A DNA stretch of 64,000 bases from Mobula hypostoma (taxonomy: Eukaryota), in the NCBI RefSeq assembly GCF_963921235.1, contig NC_086122.1, positions 24,180,001 to 24,244,000 of the forward strand, given 5' to 3'. Below are positions 1 to 11,661 of the stretch, piece after piece (within the stretch, counting starts at the first letter, position 1; the number at the start of each line of letters is the position of its first letter). The notes beneath the pieces were generated by a model that did no database searches, was not told where the DNA came from, and saw only the letters and a program-made list of their open reading frames with translations. The position numbers were made by a program, and so were the translations under genes.

Positions 1-259
1 TCATTTGAAGGTGATTGGAGGAAGGTATGAGGGGATGCCAGAGGTAGTTTATTTTATTTTCGCACAGAAACTGGGTGAGTGGCAGCAGAGGCAGACACAT
101 TAGGGACATCTAAGAAATGCTTAGATAGGCACATGAATGATAGAGAAATGGTGGGCCTGTAGCAGGGAAGAACTAGATTGATCTTAAGAGTAGGGTAAAT
201 GGTCATCATAACAGTATGGGCCGAATGGCCTGTACTGTGCTGAAATGCTCTACGCTCTA
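1..259 (+). mobile_element. CR1 LINE 3' fragment
   Basis: Degenerate ORF2 C-terminus (…ttagataggcacatg) followed by the CR1 3' stem-loop tail gggccgaatggcctgtactgtgctg. Confidence 0.8.
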
Positions 260-439
260 GCAAATGGTACTTGCCTTCATTTCCACCAAAACTTTTATAA
301 TGCGATAAAAAGAAAAAAAGTTAATTGTCTCAAAAACAAGTGAGGCTAGCTATCTCCTTGATATACCCTGGGGCGATGTGCCACGTGCAAAGTTCAGGCA
401 GCTATACATACCCAGGATACAAATGCCGTAAAACTAAGC

Positions 440-590
440 TTCTTTCAGCACAGTACATTGCAAACATAAGTTACAAAAACAAACTATGCACAATTTAAAT
501 AGTGCCAGTTGAGGGAAGTATCGTTCTGAGGTAGAACTGGGGTTTTTCAGGATGGTTCCAAATCCTGATGGCAGTGAGGAAGAAGGTGAT
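440..590 (-). mobile_element. Rex1/Babar LINE 3' end fragment
   Basis: Minus strand reads FFLTAIRIWN, matching the SFFPxAIRLLN terminus seen in other Rex copies in the window. Confidence 0.6.
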
Positions 591-624
591 GTATATATAC
601 ATACACACACTCGACGCAGAGGGT

Positions 625-840
625 CTGGAACGGACTGACAAGTGCACTGCAATTAGCTGGCATCTTGTCGATGCCCTCTGTACATGCCCACGCGCACACA
701 CAGGCACACTGGAACGGTCCGACAGGTGTTCTGCACCAGCTGCCATCTTGTAGGTGGCCTCCATACACACGCGCACATCCGCGCATGACACAGAGGCCTG
801 GAATGGTCTCACAGGTGCTCTGCACCTAGCTGGCACTTCT
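625..840. repeat. Degenerate tandem repeat, 3 units, period 84-89 bp
   Basis: ctggaaYggNcNNacaRgtg…ctgca…agctg recurs at 625, 709 and 798. Confidence 0.7.
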
Positions 841-1526
841 GAATGGAACTACAAGCTCGCTCACTACAATCCATTCTTTTTTTTTTAAAAAAAGGAAATC
901 AATCCTCGAGTTTCATCATTGTTCTGTAGAAGAGCCTGCGATAGAGAACTCGATTTCACACAAGGTATAATTTCAACACCATTTTAATAACTACAAGCTC
1001 TGCGACATTTAGTCAAAAATGTATTACTACATAAATATTTTATAGCTACCCTGTGCCAGCATCTTGTAAATCCTTGGGTAATGTGGTATATCTTGTATTA
1101 CAATGTACATACTTGCCATTTCATTCTCTCTACTCTGCTTTATACTAAAGTGAATAGTAAATGTACAGAAAAAAGCTATAAATATCCAAACTCATAACTA
1201 GGGCCAATTCACATTGTAACTGAGACAGCAATGATTTGCATCACATTCTTCTTCACATGCAGCATCAACTTGCCGTGGGACGCTCAAGTGGTCAGATCAA
1301 TGCTGCGGTGCCTGGGAATGTTTTCCTGACGTGCTTCTACCAGCCACCATCCTGAAGAAGTACCTGAGGCATCTTTCAAAGGCCCGTTGGGGGCCTCACG
1401 ACCGCCCTCCAATCCATGTCCTAAGATGCAAACACGAGGAATTCTGTAGGTGCTGGAAATTCAAGCAACACACATCAAAGTTGCTGGTGAACGCAGCAGG
1501 CCAGGCAGCATCTCTAGGAAGAGGTA

Positions 1527-1563
1527 CAGTCGACGTTTCAGGCCGAGACCCTTCGTCAGGACT
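1527..1563 (-). ncRNA. Minimal type I hammerhead ribozyme (PLE pseudo-LTR)
   Basis: Minus strand: AGUC CUGACGA A GGGU-CUCG-GCCU GAAA CGUC GACUG; core intact, G-U pair at the base of helix II. Confidence 0.75.
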
Positions 1564-1981
1564 AACTGAAGGAAGAGCTGGTAAGAGATTTTAAAGTGGG
1601 AGGGGGAGGGGGAGATCCAAAATGATAGGAGAAGACAGGAGGGGGAGGGATGGAGCCAAGAGCTGGACAGGTGATTCTCTAACTTCCGCTAATGCCCCAC
1701 CTCCCCGTCGTACCCCATCCGTTATTTATTTATATACACACATTCTTTCTCTCTCTCCTTTTTCTCCCTCTGTCCCTCTGACTATACCCCTTGCCCATCC
1801 TCTGGGTTTCCCCCCCTCCCCCTTTTCCTTCTCCCTAGGCCTCCTGTCCCATGATCCTCTCATATCCCTTTTGCCAATCGCCTGTCCAGCTCTTGGCTCC
1901 ATCCCTCCCCCTCTTGTCTTCTCCTATCATTTCGGATCTCCCCCTCCCACTTTCAAATCTCTTACTAGCTCTTCCTTCAGT

Positions 1982-2019
1982 TAGTCCTGACGAAGGGTCT
2001 CGGCCCGAAACGTCGACTG
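1982..2019 (+). ncRNA. Minimal type I hammerhead ribozyme (PLE pseudo-LTR)
   Basis: UAGUC CUGACGA A GGGU-CUCG-GCCC GAAA CGUC GACUG; intact CUGANGA/GAAA core, palindromic ACGU helix III, predicted cleavage after C2014. Confidence 0.8.
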
Positions 2020-2971
2020 TACCTCTTCCTAGAGATTCTGCCTGGCCTGCTGCGTTCACCAGCAACTTTGATGTGTGTTTCCTAAGGTGCAATTCAGCCT
2101 CCAAACCCAAATATACCCGAAACGCGCTACAAACACTCGGCAGGCAGGTCGGGCAGCAACAAAGTTAGGAGAAACAGAGTACAACAGCCCTCAATACCAT
2201 CACAAACAAATCTGAGGTTCGTCAGAACCACTCCATCTCAATTCACCGAGCTTGTCCCCAGCAAGCGTCAGTCGCTGATCAGTTGTGTTACTCATTTAGA
2301 TGAACGCGCCGTTGAAAGAAAAGGGGAATAAAACAAGATTAGCCCAGGTTTGGTGCAGACAGATGCTTGATAAATGGTACAGACTTGGATAGTCAAACAC
2401 TCATTTCCTTACTGCACAACTCCACTTGCCTACAACACGAAGAGGTAATAAAGTGGTGATTACACATGTCACTTCCAGCAACAAGGATGTTGCCTGGATT
2501 GGAGGGTGTAACTGATGAGAACACGTTGAGTGAACTTGGCCTTTTCTCCTTGGAGTGATGGAGAATGAGAGGTTATTGTTGTTGCTTGTGTTGTTCTGTG
2601 GAAAAATTCCAATCCGTGAAGCAGAATGGATATAAAAAGCTTCACGGCAGACCAAGCATCATGTAATTCCGGTAATGATGTCGTTCCAACAGCAACATTG
2701 TCTTACAATAATTTCCCCCCCACCAAGGATCAACTTCTGATAGAGGTGAATAAGGTGATGAGAGGCATTGATCGTGTGGATAGCCAGAGGCTTCTTCCCA
2801 GGGCTGAAATGGCTAGCACGAGTGGGCATAGTTTTAAGGAGCTTGGAAATAGGTACCAAAGGGATGTCAGGGGAATGTTTTTCCACACAGAGAGTGGTGG
2901 GTGCGTGGAATGCACTGCCGGTGGCAGTGGTGGAAGCGGATACAATAGGATCTTTTAAGAGCCTCTTAGTT

Positions 2972-3737
2972 CAGGGGTCCCCAACCTTTTTTGCAGCACG
3001 GACCAGTTTAATATTAACAATATTCTTGCGGACTGGCCGATTGGGTGGGTGGGGGGGGGGAATGTTCAAGTAGGGTTGCCAACTTTCTCACTCCCAAATA
3101 AGGGACAAAAGTAACAGTCAAATACAGGACACTTGTGTTTACCCCGAGAAAGACTACCATGACCATGAAGCCTTGTGCGGGCACCTGTGTGCGCATGCGT
3201 GTCGTGCAGATGCATGGATGTGCCGATTTTTTCTACAAATTGGTTTTGGCTTAATCTTCCCGATTCTTTTAAGTGAAACTACACTGTACATACATTATTT
3301 CTACTTTATATAGGCTGTGTATTTATCATATCATTCCTGCTTTTACTATATGTTAGTATTATTTTAGGTTTTATGTGTTATTTGGAATGATTTGGTAGGT
3401 TATTTTTTGGGTATGGGAATGCTCAAAAATTTTTCCCATATAAATTAATGGTAATTGCTTCTTCACTTTACGCCATTTCGGCTTACAAATGGTTTCATAG
3501 CAACGCTCTACCTTAGCGGGGGAAATACAGGACAAGGGCGGTCCCATATGGGACAGACCAATTTAGCCCAATATGCGGGATGTCCCAGCTAATACGGGAC
3601 AGTTGGCAACCCTATGTTCAAGTTCAACAGTGCGTGACAGGGAATGAGGAAAGGTGCAGCTGACTCATATCATCAAATCACATTGTTTCCTCGCGGCCCG
3701 GTAGCACATGCTTTGCGGCCCGGTGGTTGGGGCACTG
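2972..3737. mobile_element. hAT (Charlie-like) MITE inserted in CR1
   Basis: TIRs caggggtccccaacc / ggttggggcactg; imperfect 8-bp TSD tcttagtt / ctttagat. Confidence 0.75.
3071..3614. mobile_element. hAT (Blackjack-like) MITE nested in the Charlie-like MITE
   Basis: TIRs tagggttgccaact / agttggcaacccta; perfect 8-bp TSD tgttcaag (3063-3070, 3615-3622). Confidence 0.85.
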
Positions 3738-4604
3738 CTTTAGATAGGTACATGGAGCTTGGAAAAATAGAGGGCTATGCGCTAGAGAAATTCTAGGCAG
3801 TTTCTAGAGTAGGTTGCGTGGTTGGCATGAAATTGTGGGCCGAAGGGCCTGTAAGGTACTATGGATTTCTATGTTCTATGTTCTTGGTGTACTAAAAGTC
3901 AATTCTGTGTGCACATGTGGACCAGCAAAGATCCGGAGGCTGTGCTTCTCCTGAAACAGAACTGCACCTTGCTGGACTAGAGGGTTACACTTGACAACAG
4001 CCCTCAATATCATCACAAACATTGGCAGCATTGCCAGTGGCACTGTGCTACCGTGCCGGCACGGAACGTTGGCGCTGGAATGTCTGGCAACACTTGCGGG
4101 CTGCGTCGGCACTTGTGTTGGTCGTTAACGCAAACGGCGCATTTCGCTGTACGCTTCGATGAACTTGTGATAAAAAGAATAAATCTGCTCCAAAACTGTG
4201 GCATCGTGCACTCCATCCCTCCCCTCTGCGAGAGAGATGAATAGCGAGGCGAAGGATGAATCAGTCAGCTCGAATGAACAGCAGGAATGTCCCACTCGAA
4301 GGGAGATTCCAGGAGAATGCCAGAGAAGTCAAGTGCATCAGTTCCTAGTCCAAAGTTTACCTGGCAACTGGACAACAATCCCAATTTACTGTAAGTAGCC
4401 ATCTTGTAGTGAGGAATGTCTTATAAGGTGCCAGAAGTTGACCTTTGGGGGGGAAAATTATTGTAAGACAATGTTGCTGTTGGAATGAATCACTGCTGGA
4501 ATTACATGATGCTTGATCTGCAGTGAAGCTTTTTATATCCATTCTGCTTCATTGATTGGAATTTTTCCACAGAACAACACAAGCAACAACAACAGCAAAA
4601 CAAG

Positions 4605-4755
4605 GCAACACACACAAAATGTTGGAGGAACTCAGCAGGCCAGGCAACATCTATGGAAAAATAGAGTAAAAAGTTGACATTTCAGGCTGAGCCCCTTCAC
4701 CAGAGCATTTTCCATGTGTTGCTTTGGATTTCCAACATCTGCAGATATTCTCACA
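4605..4755. mobile_element. Short Penelope pseudo-LTR foldback with decayed hammerhead
   Basis: caacacacacaaaatgttggaggaactcagcaggccagg… followed by an inverted end; minus-strand CUGGUGA…GAAAUGUC. Confidence 0.7.
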
Positions 4756-5328
4756 TTTTGGAAGAGCGAAATAAACCCCTTCCCCATCCCTTCCACCCAC
4801 CCACCGACTCACACGGGCCCCCAACCCCCAGGACAGGCCAACTCCAGTTCTCGCTTCCGAATTCTCAGACTTCTCAGACCTCCCACTTCGGAATTCACCC
4901 CAGGATGTTGAATACAAGTTTGACCTTCAGGCCTTGCTTCCAGGCTCGCTTGGACCTCCAACCTCGGTGACCCCGTCTCTCGTGACACCCTCAGGTTTCT
5001 GCCTATGGTCCTCTGCCTTCAGACGTCTACCTCTGGTCCTCGTTGTGCTCTGGACTTCAACCTTCGGCTCTGCCTGCTGGATTTTGCCAGGTCTCTACTT
5101 CCAGGCTTGCATGTCCAGAAGTCAAAGTCTCTACCTGAACCTCCCACCCAAGTGACCTGGTGGTTTGCTGGCCTTTGTGTCTCCCCCCACCCCCCCCATT
5201 CCTGGTGGTCACCATTCATATAGCCTTCCAACCCAAAAGAATTGGTCTCCTCTCGGGACTGTCCTTCTGCAGGAGCTTGAAGCTAGCAACAAACTCAAGG
5301 AGGTTATGCTCTTAATCTGCATAATGTA

Positions 5329-6939
5329 CAGCACCTATAAAAACCCTCCTTGGAAGTTTTCATGTTTTATTGTTTTACAGCAGTGAATCACAGTGGATTT
5401 AATTTGGCTTTTTTTGACACTGATCAACTGTCAGAGTGAAAATGAATTTCTACAAACTGGTCTAAATTTATTACAATTATTAAACATAAAAATAATTGAT
5501 TGCATAATTACTCACTTCCTTCAAGTCAATATTTAGTAGCTGCACCTTTGGCAGCAATTACAGCCTTGAGTTTGTGTGGATAGATCTCTATCAGCTTTGC
5601 ACATCTGGACATTGTAATTTTTCCCCATTCTTCTTTACAAAACTGCTCAAGCTCTGTCAGATTGCATGGGGATCATGAGTGAACGCCCTTTTCAAGTCCA
5701 GCCAAAAATTCTCAATTGAATTGAGGTCTGACTTGGCCACTCCAGGACATTAACTTTGCTGTTCTTAAGCCATTCCTGTGTAGTTTTGGCTTTATGCTTG
5801 GGGCCATTGTCTTGCAGGAAGATAAGTCTTCTCCCAAGTCGCAATTTTCTTGCAGACTGCCTCAGGTTTTCCTCCAGGACTTCCTGTATTTTGTTGCATT
5901 CATTTTACCCACTATCTTCAGAAGCCTTCCAGGGCCTGCTGCAGTGAAGCATCCCCACAGCATGATGCAGCTACCACCATGCTTCACAGTAGGGTTAGTG
6001 TGTTTTTGATGACGTGGTGTTCGGCTTATCAAAAATAGCATTTAGTCTGATGGCCAAAAAGCTCAGTTTTTGTTTCATCAGACCATAGAACCTTCCTCCA
6101 GCTGACTTCAGAGTTTCCCACATGCCTTCTGGCAAATTCTAGCCAATATTTCATGCGAGCTTTTTTCAACAGTGGCTGTCTCTTTGTCACTCTCCCAGAA
6201 AGCTGTGACTGGTGAAGCACCTGGACAACAGTTGCTGTTTGTACGGCCTCTCCCACCTCAGCCAGTGAAGTTTGTAACTCCTCCAGAGTTGTCATCGATC
6301 TCTTGGTGGCCTCCCTCACTAGTCCGCTTCTTGCATGGTCACTCAGTTTTTGAGGATGGGCTGCTCCAGGCAGATTTACAGCTGTGCCATATTCTTTCCA
6401 TTTCTTGATGATTGACTTAACTGTACTCCAAAGGATATACAGTGACTTGGAAATTTTCTTGTATCCATCTCCTGATTTGTGCTTTTCAATACCCTTTTCC
6501 ATGGAGTTGCTTGGAGTGTTCTTTTGTCTTCATGGTGTAGTCTTTGCCAGGATAACAACTCACCATCAGCTGGACCTTCCAGATACAGGTATATTTTTAC
6601 TACAATCAATTGAAGTACCTTGACTGCACACAGGTCTCCAAAGACAGATCTCCATTTACCCAATTAATGTGACTTCTAAACCAATTGACTGCGCCAGTGA
6701 TGATTAGGTGTGTCATAGTAAAGGGGTGAATACTTATGCAATCAATTATTTTGTATTTTATATTTGCAATTAATTTAGATCACTTTGTAGAGATCTGTTT
6801 TCACTTTGACACGAAAGAGTCTTTTTTTTCTGTTGATCAGTGTCACAAAAAACCAAATTAAATTCACTGTGACTCAATGTTGTAAAACAATAAAACAGGA
6901 AAACTTCCAAGGAGTGGTGAATACTTTTTATAGGCATTG
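5329..6939 (-). mobile_element. Full-length Tc1 DNA transposon (long IR/DR-type TIRs), inactive
   Basis: TA TSDs at 5327-5328 and 6940-6941; ~200-bp inverted repeats with internal direct repeats; encodes a Tc1 transposase. Confidence 0.92.
5526..6533 (-). pseudogene. Tc1 DD34E transposase, frameshifted
   Basis: MKTKEHSKQL start, GDGYKKISKSL helix-turn-helix, VLWSDETK, TVKHGG..IMLWGCF, QDN.PKH, AKGAATKY* end; several frameshifts and stops. Confidence 0.9.
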
Positions 6940-8504
6940 TAAACTTAATAAATACTTATCAAAATACACAAGGAGGATACAAGCATTCAGCTGTGATCCT
7001 TTGTTAACCCTGATCCCTGTGGCATTGCTGAGATCTCCTTGGGTCTACATTTCATTTGGAAATGAATGACCTCTCTCCTAAACATGTCCTCTCCCTAATT
7101 CTGTGTACTGTGTTGTTCTACAGGAAGTGAGAATGAGACTCCATGAATGGTAATTCATACGAACAAGGACTGTGAAAGGAATGTACAATTCAGGGCCACA
7201 AAAACAAGAATGGAATGAGGATGGGAAGACGCCAAATGTAAATCTGGATGGAGGAAGGGTCAGAGTTGATGGGCTCGCAAATGAATGTCACTGTGATAGG
7301 AAAAAATTGTCTTTGAAAAGAATAGGCATATTCTACTCTCACTTTGAGATCACATCTCAAGATGTAACAGAAAGGATAGAATTGAGAATTCTGAGGGAGG
7401 AGTGCAATGCATTAATAAAAGAAAGGAATTCACCTTTGATGTTCCTGTGAGGTCCTTGAATCTCCTGCTCTCACAGTGATTTTCATGGCACTGAATCTAC
7501 CTCCTTCCTCCCTGAAGACGCTGAAGAACAGTAGCTTTCTCCTTGGTTTGGTCTCCTTCGGGTGAAGGTCATTAGCTCCAGCAAAATAATCTTCATTGTG
7601 CTGGAGCGTAACGCGAGAGCAGGAAATATTTTACGGCGTCTACGGCGGGCCAAATGCTGCAATATGGCAGCTCTTTTTCCAGTTCTGTTAGATGGGCAGC
7701 TCATCGGCAATGGTTGCATGAATCCAGGAACCTAAAAATCACTGCTTCCAACACTCAAATACAACCCCATCACAGTTTAGGTCTAACTTAATGGACCAAT
7801 TGTCACATATCTACCCTTGGGTTTTATGTCTTCATTGGTAAGTAGTGTACTCAAAACCCGATCCAGTTATATACTGGTATGTTGAGAGGGCAGTGAAACC
7901 CTTGTGAAATATTTGGTACAAAATACAGACTATATTATTAAATAGTAAAATTAACTGTAGAATCATCTTGGCTTAGGTGCACGGCAATGCTGTGATGACC
8001 TTACTTATTTTCATGGTGACAAAAAATTAGCATTTGCTTTAGCTGGTTACTTCCAGAAAGCTGGCTAGCAAAGCAGAGAGAGCTATTTCCTTCAGGCACT
8101 CAGAATCAAACCTTGATAGGACAAGAGCCTTCTCTGCCTGTCGGCTCTAGCGATTGCGGATGAAGTGAATTTGTTTCGTCTCAGTTCATTTCCTGGAGGA
8201 TATTTGGCCCTCCGTCCAGGACCACCCCTACCTCAGTGCCAGCTGTGAGTTCACAGAGGCTGCAGATGGCTGCTGTGGGAAGTTAATACAGGTGCGCTCA
8301 CGCCAACTCAGTTGGTGACTGAGTGGAAGTCACACAAAGTAACACAACATAGTTACAGCAGGAAGAAAAAGAGGCCATTCAGCCTGCAGGTCCATGCAAG
8401 CCCTCTCCCATCCTTCTAACCCTGCCAATTCTTGTCCCTCGCATGCTTACCTCATGTTCACCCACTGATTTTGATAGCCAATATGGAAAATTGAACTCCC
8501 CATT

Positions 8505-8784
8505 TCCAGCACCCGTCTTCACAGTGAACTCCACCATGGGTGGTCCCAAGCCTGACTGTGAAGGGAGGAGGGCTAGGCACGGGGCTAGCAGCCCCATCCC
8601 ATAAAGCCCCAGTGCTACAGAAACGCCAACAGAAGTCCTCATCCCTGGGAGAGGAAGGATCGTCAAAGATGGGCTGCATCTGGGGATAACTTGAAAGACT
8701 GGCTCAGGACACTGGAGAGTTGCTGTCAGCAGCCTATACACCTCCCCCCCCCCCAGTAGGGGTGATGGGGTTAAGTAAGTAAGT
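8505..8784 (+). mobile_element. Non-autonomous RTE-derived retroposon (5' UTR piece fused to 3' end)
   Basis: ggtcccaagcc…ggaggagggctagg…ggggctagca..cccatccc RTE 5' UTR-like motif; ends in an (aagt)n tail. Confidence 0.6.
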
Positions 8785-9034
8785 CGTCTCAGCAACCACT
8801 AAAAGGGCTATTCAATGATGGCAACTTCTTTGAAGAACACAAGTTACTTACCATTAAGTTGCCTCTACTGATTAGGGAGAGTCCTGCACATTCTGCTCCA
8901 CCCACGCAAGGTGGGAAACAAGGCAACCTCACCTCTCTCTTCATATCCATATTATGCCATCTGCAGAAATATTCATGGTAAAAGCATGTTTTATTTTTGC
9001 CTTTCAAAGACCTTCAACTTTTTCTACAATAACG

Positions 9035-9755
9035 AGTCATAAAGCAGATACAGGCCCTTCGACCCAACAACACCATGCTAGCAACTGCATCCCACTAATT
9101 GTAACTTCCTGCATGCCGTCCATACCCCTCTCAGCCCCGCCCCTCACCTACCTGTCCCAGAGCTTCTTAAATGACACTGCTGCATCTGCCGTGACCACTT
9201 CCGCTGGCAGGTCAGTCCACGTACCCACCACATTCTGCATGAAAAAGTCGCCCCTCGGGTTCTTTTTAAAAACCTTTCCCCTCTCACCCTAGATCTATGC
9301 CCCTTAATTTTGCTGTCCCCTACCCTACGGGAAATATTGTCACAATTCACCATATCTATGCCTCTCTCTATCTTAAACATTTCCTCTAAGGCAGAGTTCG
9401 TGACCTGGGGTCCGTGGACCTTTTGCTTAATGCTATTTGTCCATGGCATAAAAAGGGCTGGGAGCTCCTGCTCTGAGGTCACCCATCATTTTCCTACTGT
9501 CCAGGGTAGTAAGACCTACCCTGGCCAACCTCTTCCGATAACAGAGGCCCTCTAGGCCCATAAACCCTTTGCACTCAAGTTTAACTACATCCTTCCTACT
9601 TAACCACCTCTTTCCTTCAGCAGGGCAACCAAAACCATACACGAGACTCAGCACAACTTATACAGCTGCTTTATAATGTCCCAGCTCCCATACTCAGTGC
9701 CCTGACTGATGGAGGCCAATGAGCTAAATATCCTGTTCACCACCCGCTCTATTCC
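9035..9755 (-). mobile_element. CR1 LINE 3' portion
   Basis: EMFKIERGIDMV…KGHRSRVRGERF on the minus strand; 3' tail near 9040. Confidence 0.75.
9392..9470. mobile_element. 79-bp hAT (Charlie-like) MITE inside CR1
   Basis: 8-bp TSD ctctaagg / ctctgagg; reverse complement of the copy at 9955-10035. Confidence 0.75.
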
Positions 9756-9954
9756 AATAAACACCCTGGGTTAGTAACCATTTTCAACAGCTCACAACCT
9801 GCCCCGGACTGGTTTTTGATTTGAGTCTGTGCACTAGTTCATAACTGAAGCCTGTTTAAAGTAAGAAAAAAATGCAGATTTGTTTACCAAAAAGGCAAAA
9901 ATATTTAATATGCATTAATTTTACATACATAATATTCAGTTTATACCTATAGAG

Positions 9955-10035
9955 CAGGGACTGCTAACCTTTTTTGTGCCATGGACCAACACCATTAAGC
10001 AAGGAGTCCATGGACACTCAGGTTGGGAACCTCTG
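9955..10035. mobile_element. 81-bp hAT (Charlie-like) MITE
   Basis: TIR ggttgggaacctctg; TSD ctatagag / ctttagag; a third partial copy lies at 18359-18417. Confidence 0.78.
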
Positions 10036-11661
10036 CTTTAGAGGAAAGAAAATATGAAACGTGCACACACTTAAAACAAAATCAAATGCAATTTTAAGCT
10101 GTTCAGTCCACACTGAATTCAGTGGTTCTCTGGGAATGTGTACAGTATACAACCTGAAATCCTTACTCTTCACAGACATCCATGAAACAGAGAGAAAAAA
10201 TCCAAAGAATGACAAAAAAAAGTTAGAACCCAAAAGCTCCCCCTCGTGTGCACAAGCAGCAGCAAAGCATTAACCCACCCCAGCAAAAAATCAGCCCCCA
10301 CCACCCATAGTGTATATTCACCACCGCTGAAAGACTACGACCTAGAGAAGGTCCACTTGTAGGTTCCAAGGAAACGTGAGTGGAAGAAGTATCTGGTTAC
10401 CTTCTTCACTGAGAAGCGAGGACGACAAAGGAGGGGGAGGGGGGAGATGGGAATCAAAGCCAGCATTTCAATATTCGCAAGAAATAAAAAAACTATTGGG
10501 TTACTTAAACATTATTACTGGATACTGATGGAACTACTCAGAAGTCTTTTCAAAATACATTCCTAATAGCATAAAAACTAGTCTGGACTGTTAAACCACT
10601 GTTGGTTTACTTAAGGTTCTATCAACTCTCCTAACTCTCCTCCTTTATTTGTGTCATCTCACCATTAAGTGTCATTGATCCTCAATTGCCCAGTTCACCC
10701 CTTCCTTAAATCGGTAAATTCACTAACCTCAGCATGGCTGTCAAAAGAATATGTAAATATTATGTCACAGGATCTGTGAGCGTGTGAGGTAATGTAATGA
10801 CCTGACCAGAAGATAAATGACATAGAAATGTGATGAATGTCAAGCGATCTAATTCTAGGAAGGTTATTAAAATTATGAAAGAAGATGCCCCAGGCCTCCT
10901 TCAGAAATCATATTGCCAGCAAGTTATTGTTTTGGGGGCAAAATGCTCTTGTAATGTAAAGCCGTCCACCCTGTAGAGTGTAGTCATGGTTTTGTAAGTG
11001 GATTAGCTAGTGAGGAATTGTTGAAGCTAAAGAAAGAGTTTAGAAAAAATATTTTGTCACAGATGTCACGGTACCTGTTTAATCTAGGTTTAAAATAGTG
11101 CATAAAGACCGCCTTTTGCTTAAAAATGATGAATAAATGTTTCGATTTTTATCTGGATGAAATATATTTATCTTAAGGAATATTTATTATAATGTCACTT
11201 TATTTCCCTGTCATATTTTATACTGCAGGAAATTTGGGTTTGCCCCGTTGTGCTCATTAGAAGGCTGTAGGTCCTAAGTGGCAAAGTAATGAATTCACAT
11301 TCTGCATGGATGTTTTAATTTTGTGACCAGCAAACTTTACAGTTCAGAGGGATCCCTCATAACAATGAAGTTAACAACTAACAAATTAGGAAATTGTCTC
11401 ATCATTGACAATTAAGGCAAATGCTGAAAATGTCAAATGGTGCAAGTTCCGTTAGTTTGGGAAGCAAAGTTGTGTTTAAGCTCCAACTGAGAGAACCACA
11501 CTCAAACACTGATCAAGCTACGTCCCTTTAACTTAAAAACAAAATGGTAGCAATAAGCCTCAAGTTTAGAGACAGGATTCCAATCCAGTGAGCTGGTGAT
11601 CTCAACCAAATGTCAGGTAAGAGTTACAAATGCCCACAGGGTGAGTCGACAGTTAATTGAT

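Larger units (their letters stand above)
1432..2079. mobile_element. Penelope-like element remnant with inverted pseudo-LTRs (foldback), 13-bp TSD
   Basis: Inverted arms 1467-1676 and 1876-2079; TSD tcctaagatgcaa (1419-1431) / tcctaaggtgcaa (2080-2092); the same 3' sequence follows GIY-YIG-coding fragments at 19498 and 38600. Confidence 0.85.
2484..3885 (+). mobile_element. CR1 LINE 3' portion interrupted by a 165-bp insert and nested hAT MITEs
   Basis: LIEVNKVMRGIDRVDSQRLLPRAEM and TQRVVGAWNALP in the ORF track; resumes at 3738; ends in a (ttctatg)n tail. Confidence 0.85.

Noticed and set aside
625-840. CRISPR-like repeat-spacer array
   Set aside because: Only three degenerate units, and the linkers resemble each other
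2182-4020. Direct repeat acaacagccctcaataYcatcacaaaca (~2181 and ~3994) as LTRs or a TSD
   Set aside because: Only ~28 bp, with no TG…CA ends or internal LTR-element features; origin unresolved
6029-6502. Active or domesticated transposase
   Set aside because: Frameshifts and stops separate this ORF from both the true start and the rest of the DDE domain
7095-7155. Micro-exon (ttctacag…atg/gtaatt)
   Set aside because: Splice-like motifs of this strength occur by chance and no partner exons were found
7483-7719. Basic peptide ORF with RRRRRK
   Set aside because: No recognisable domain or gene structure
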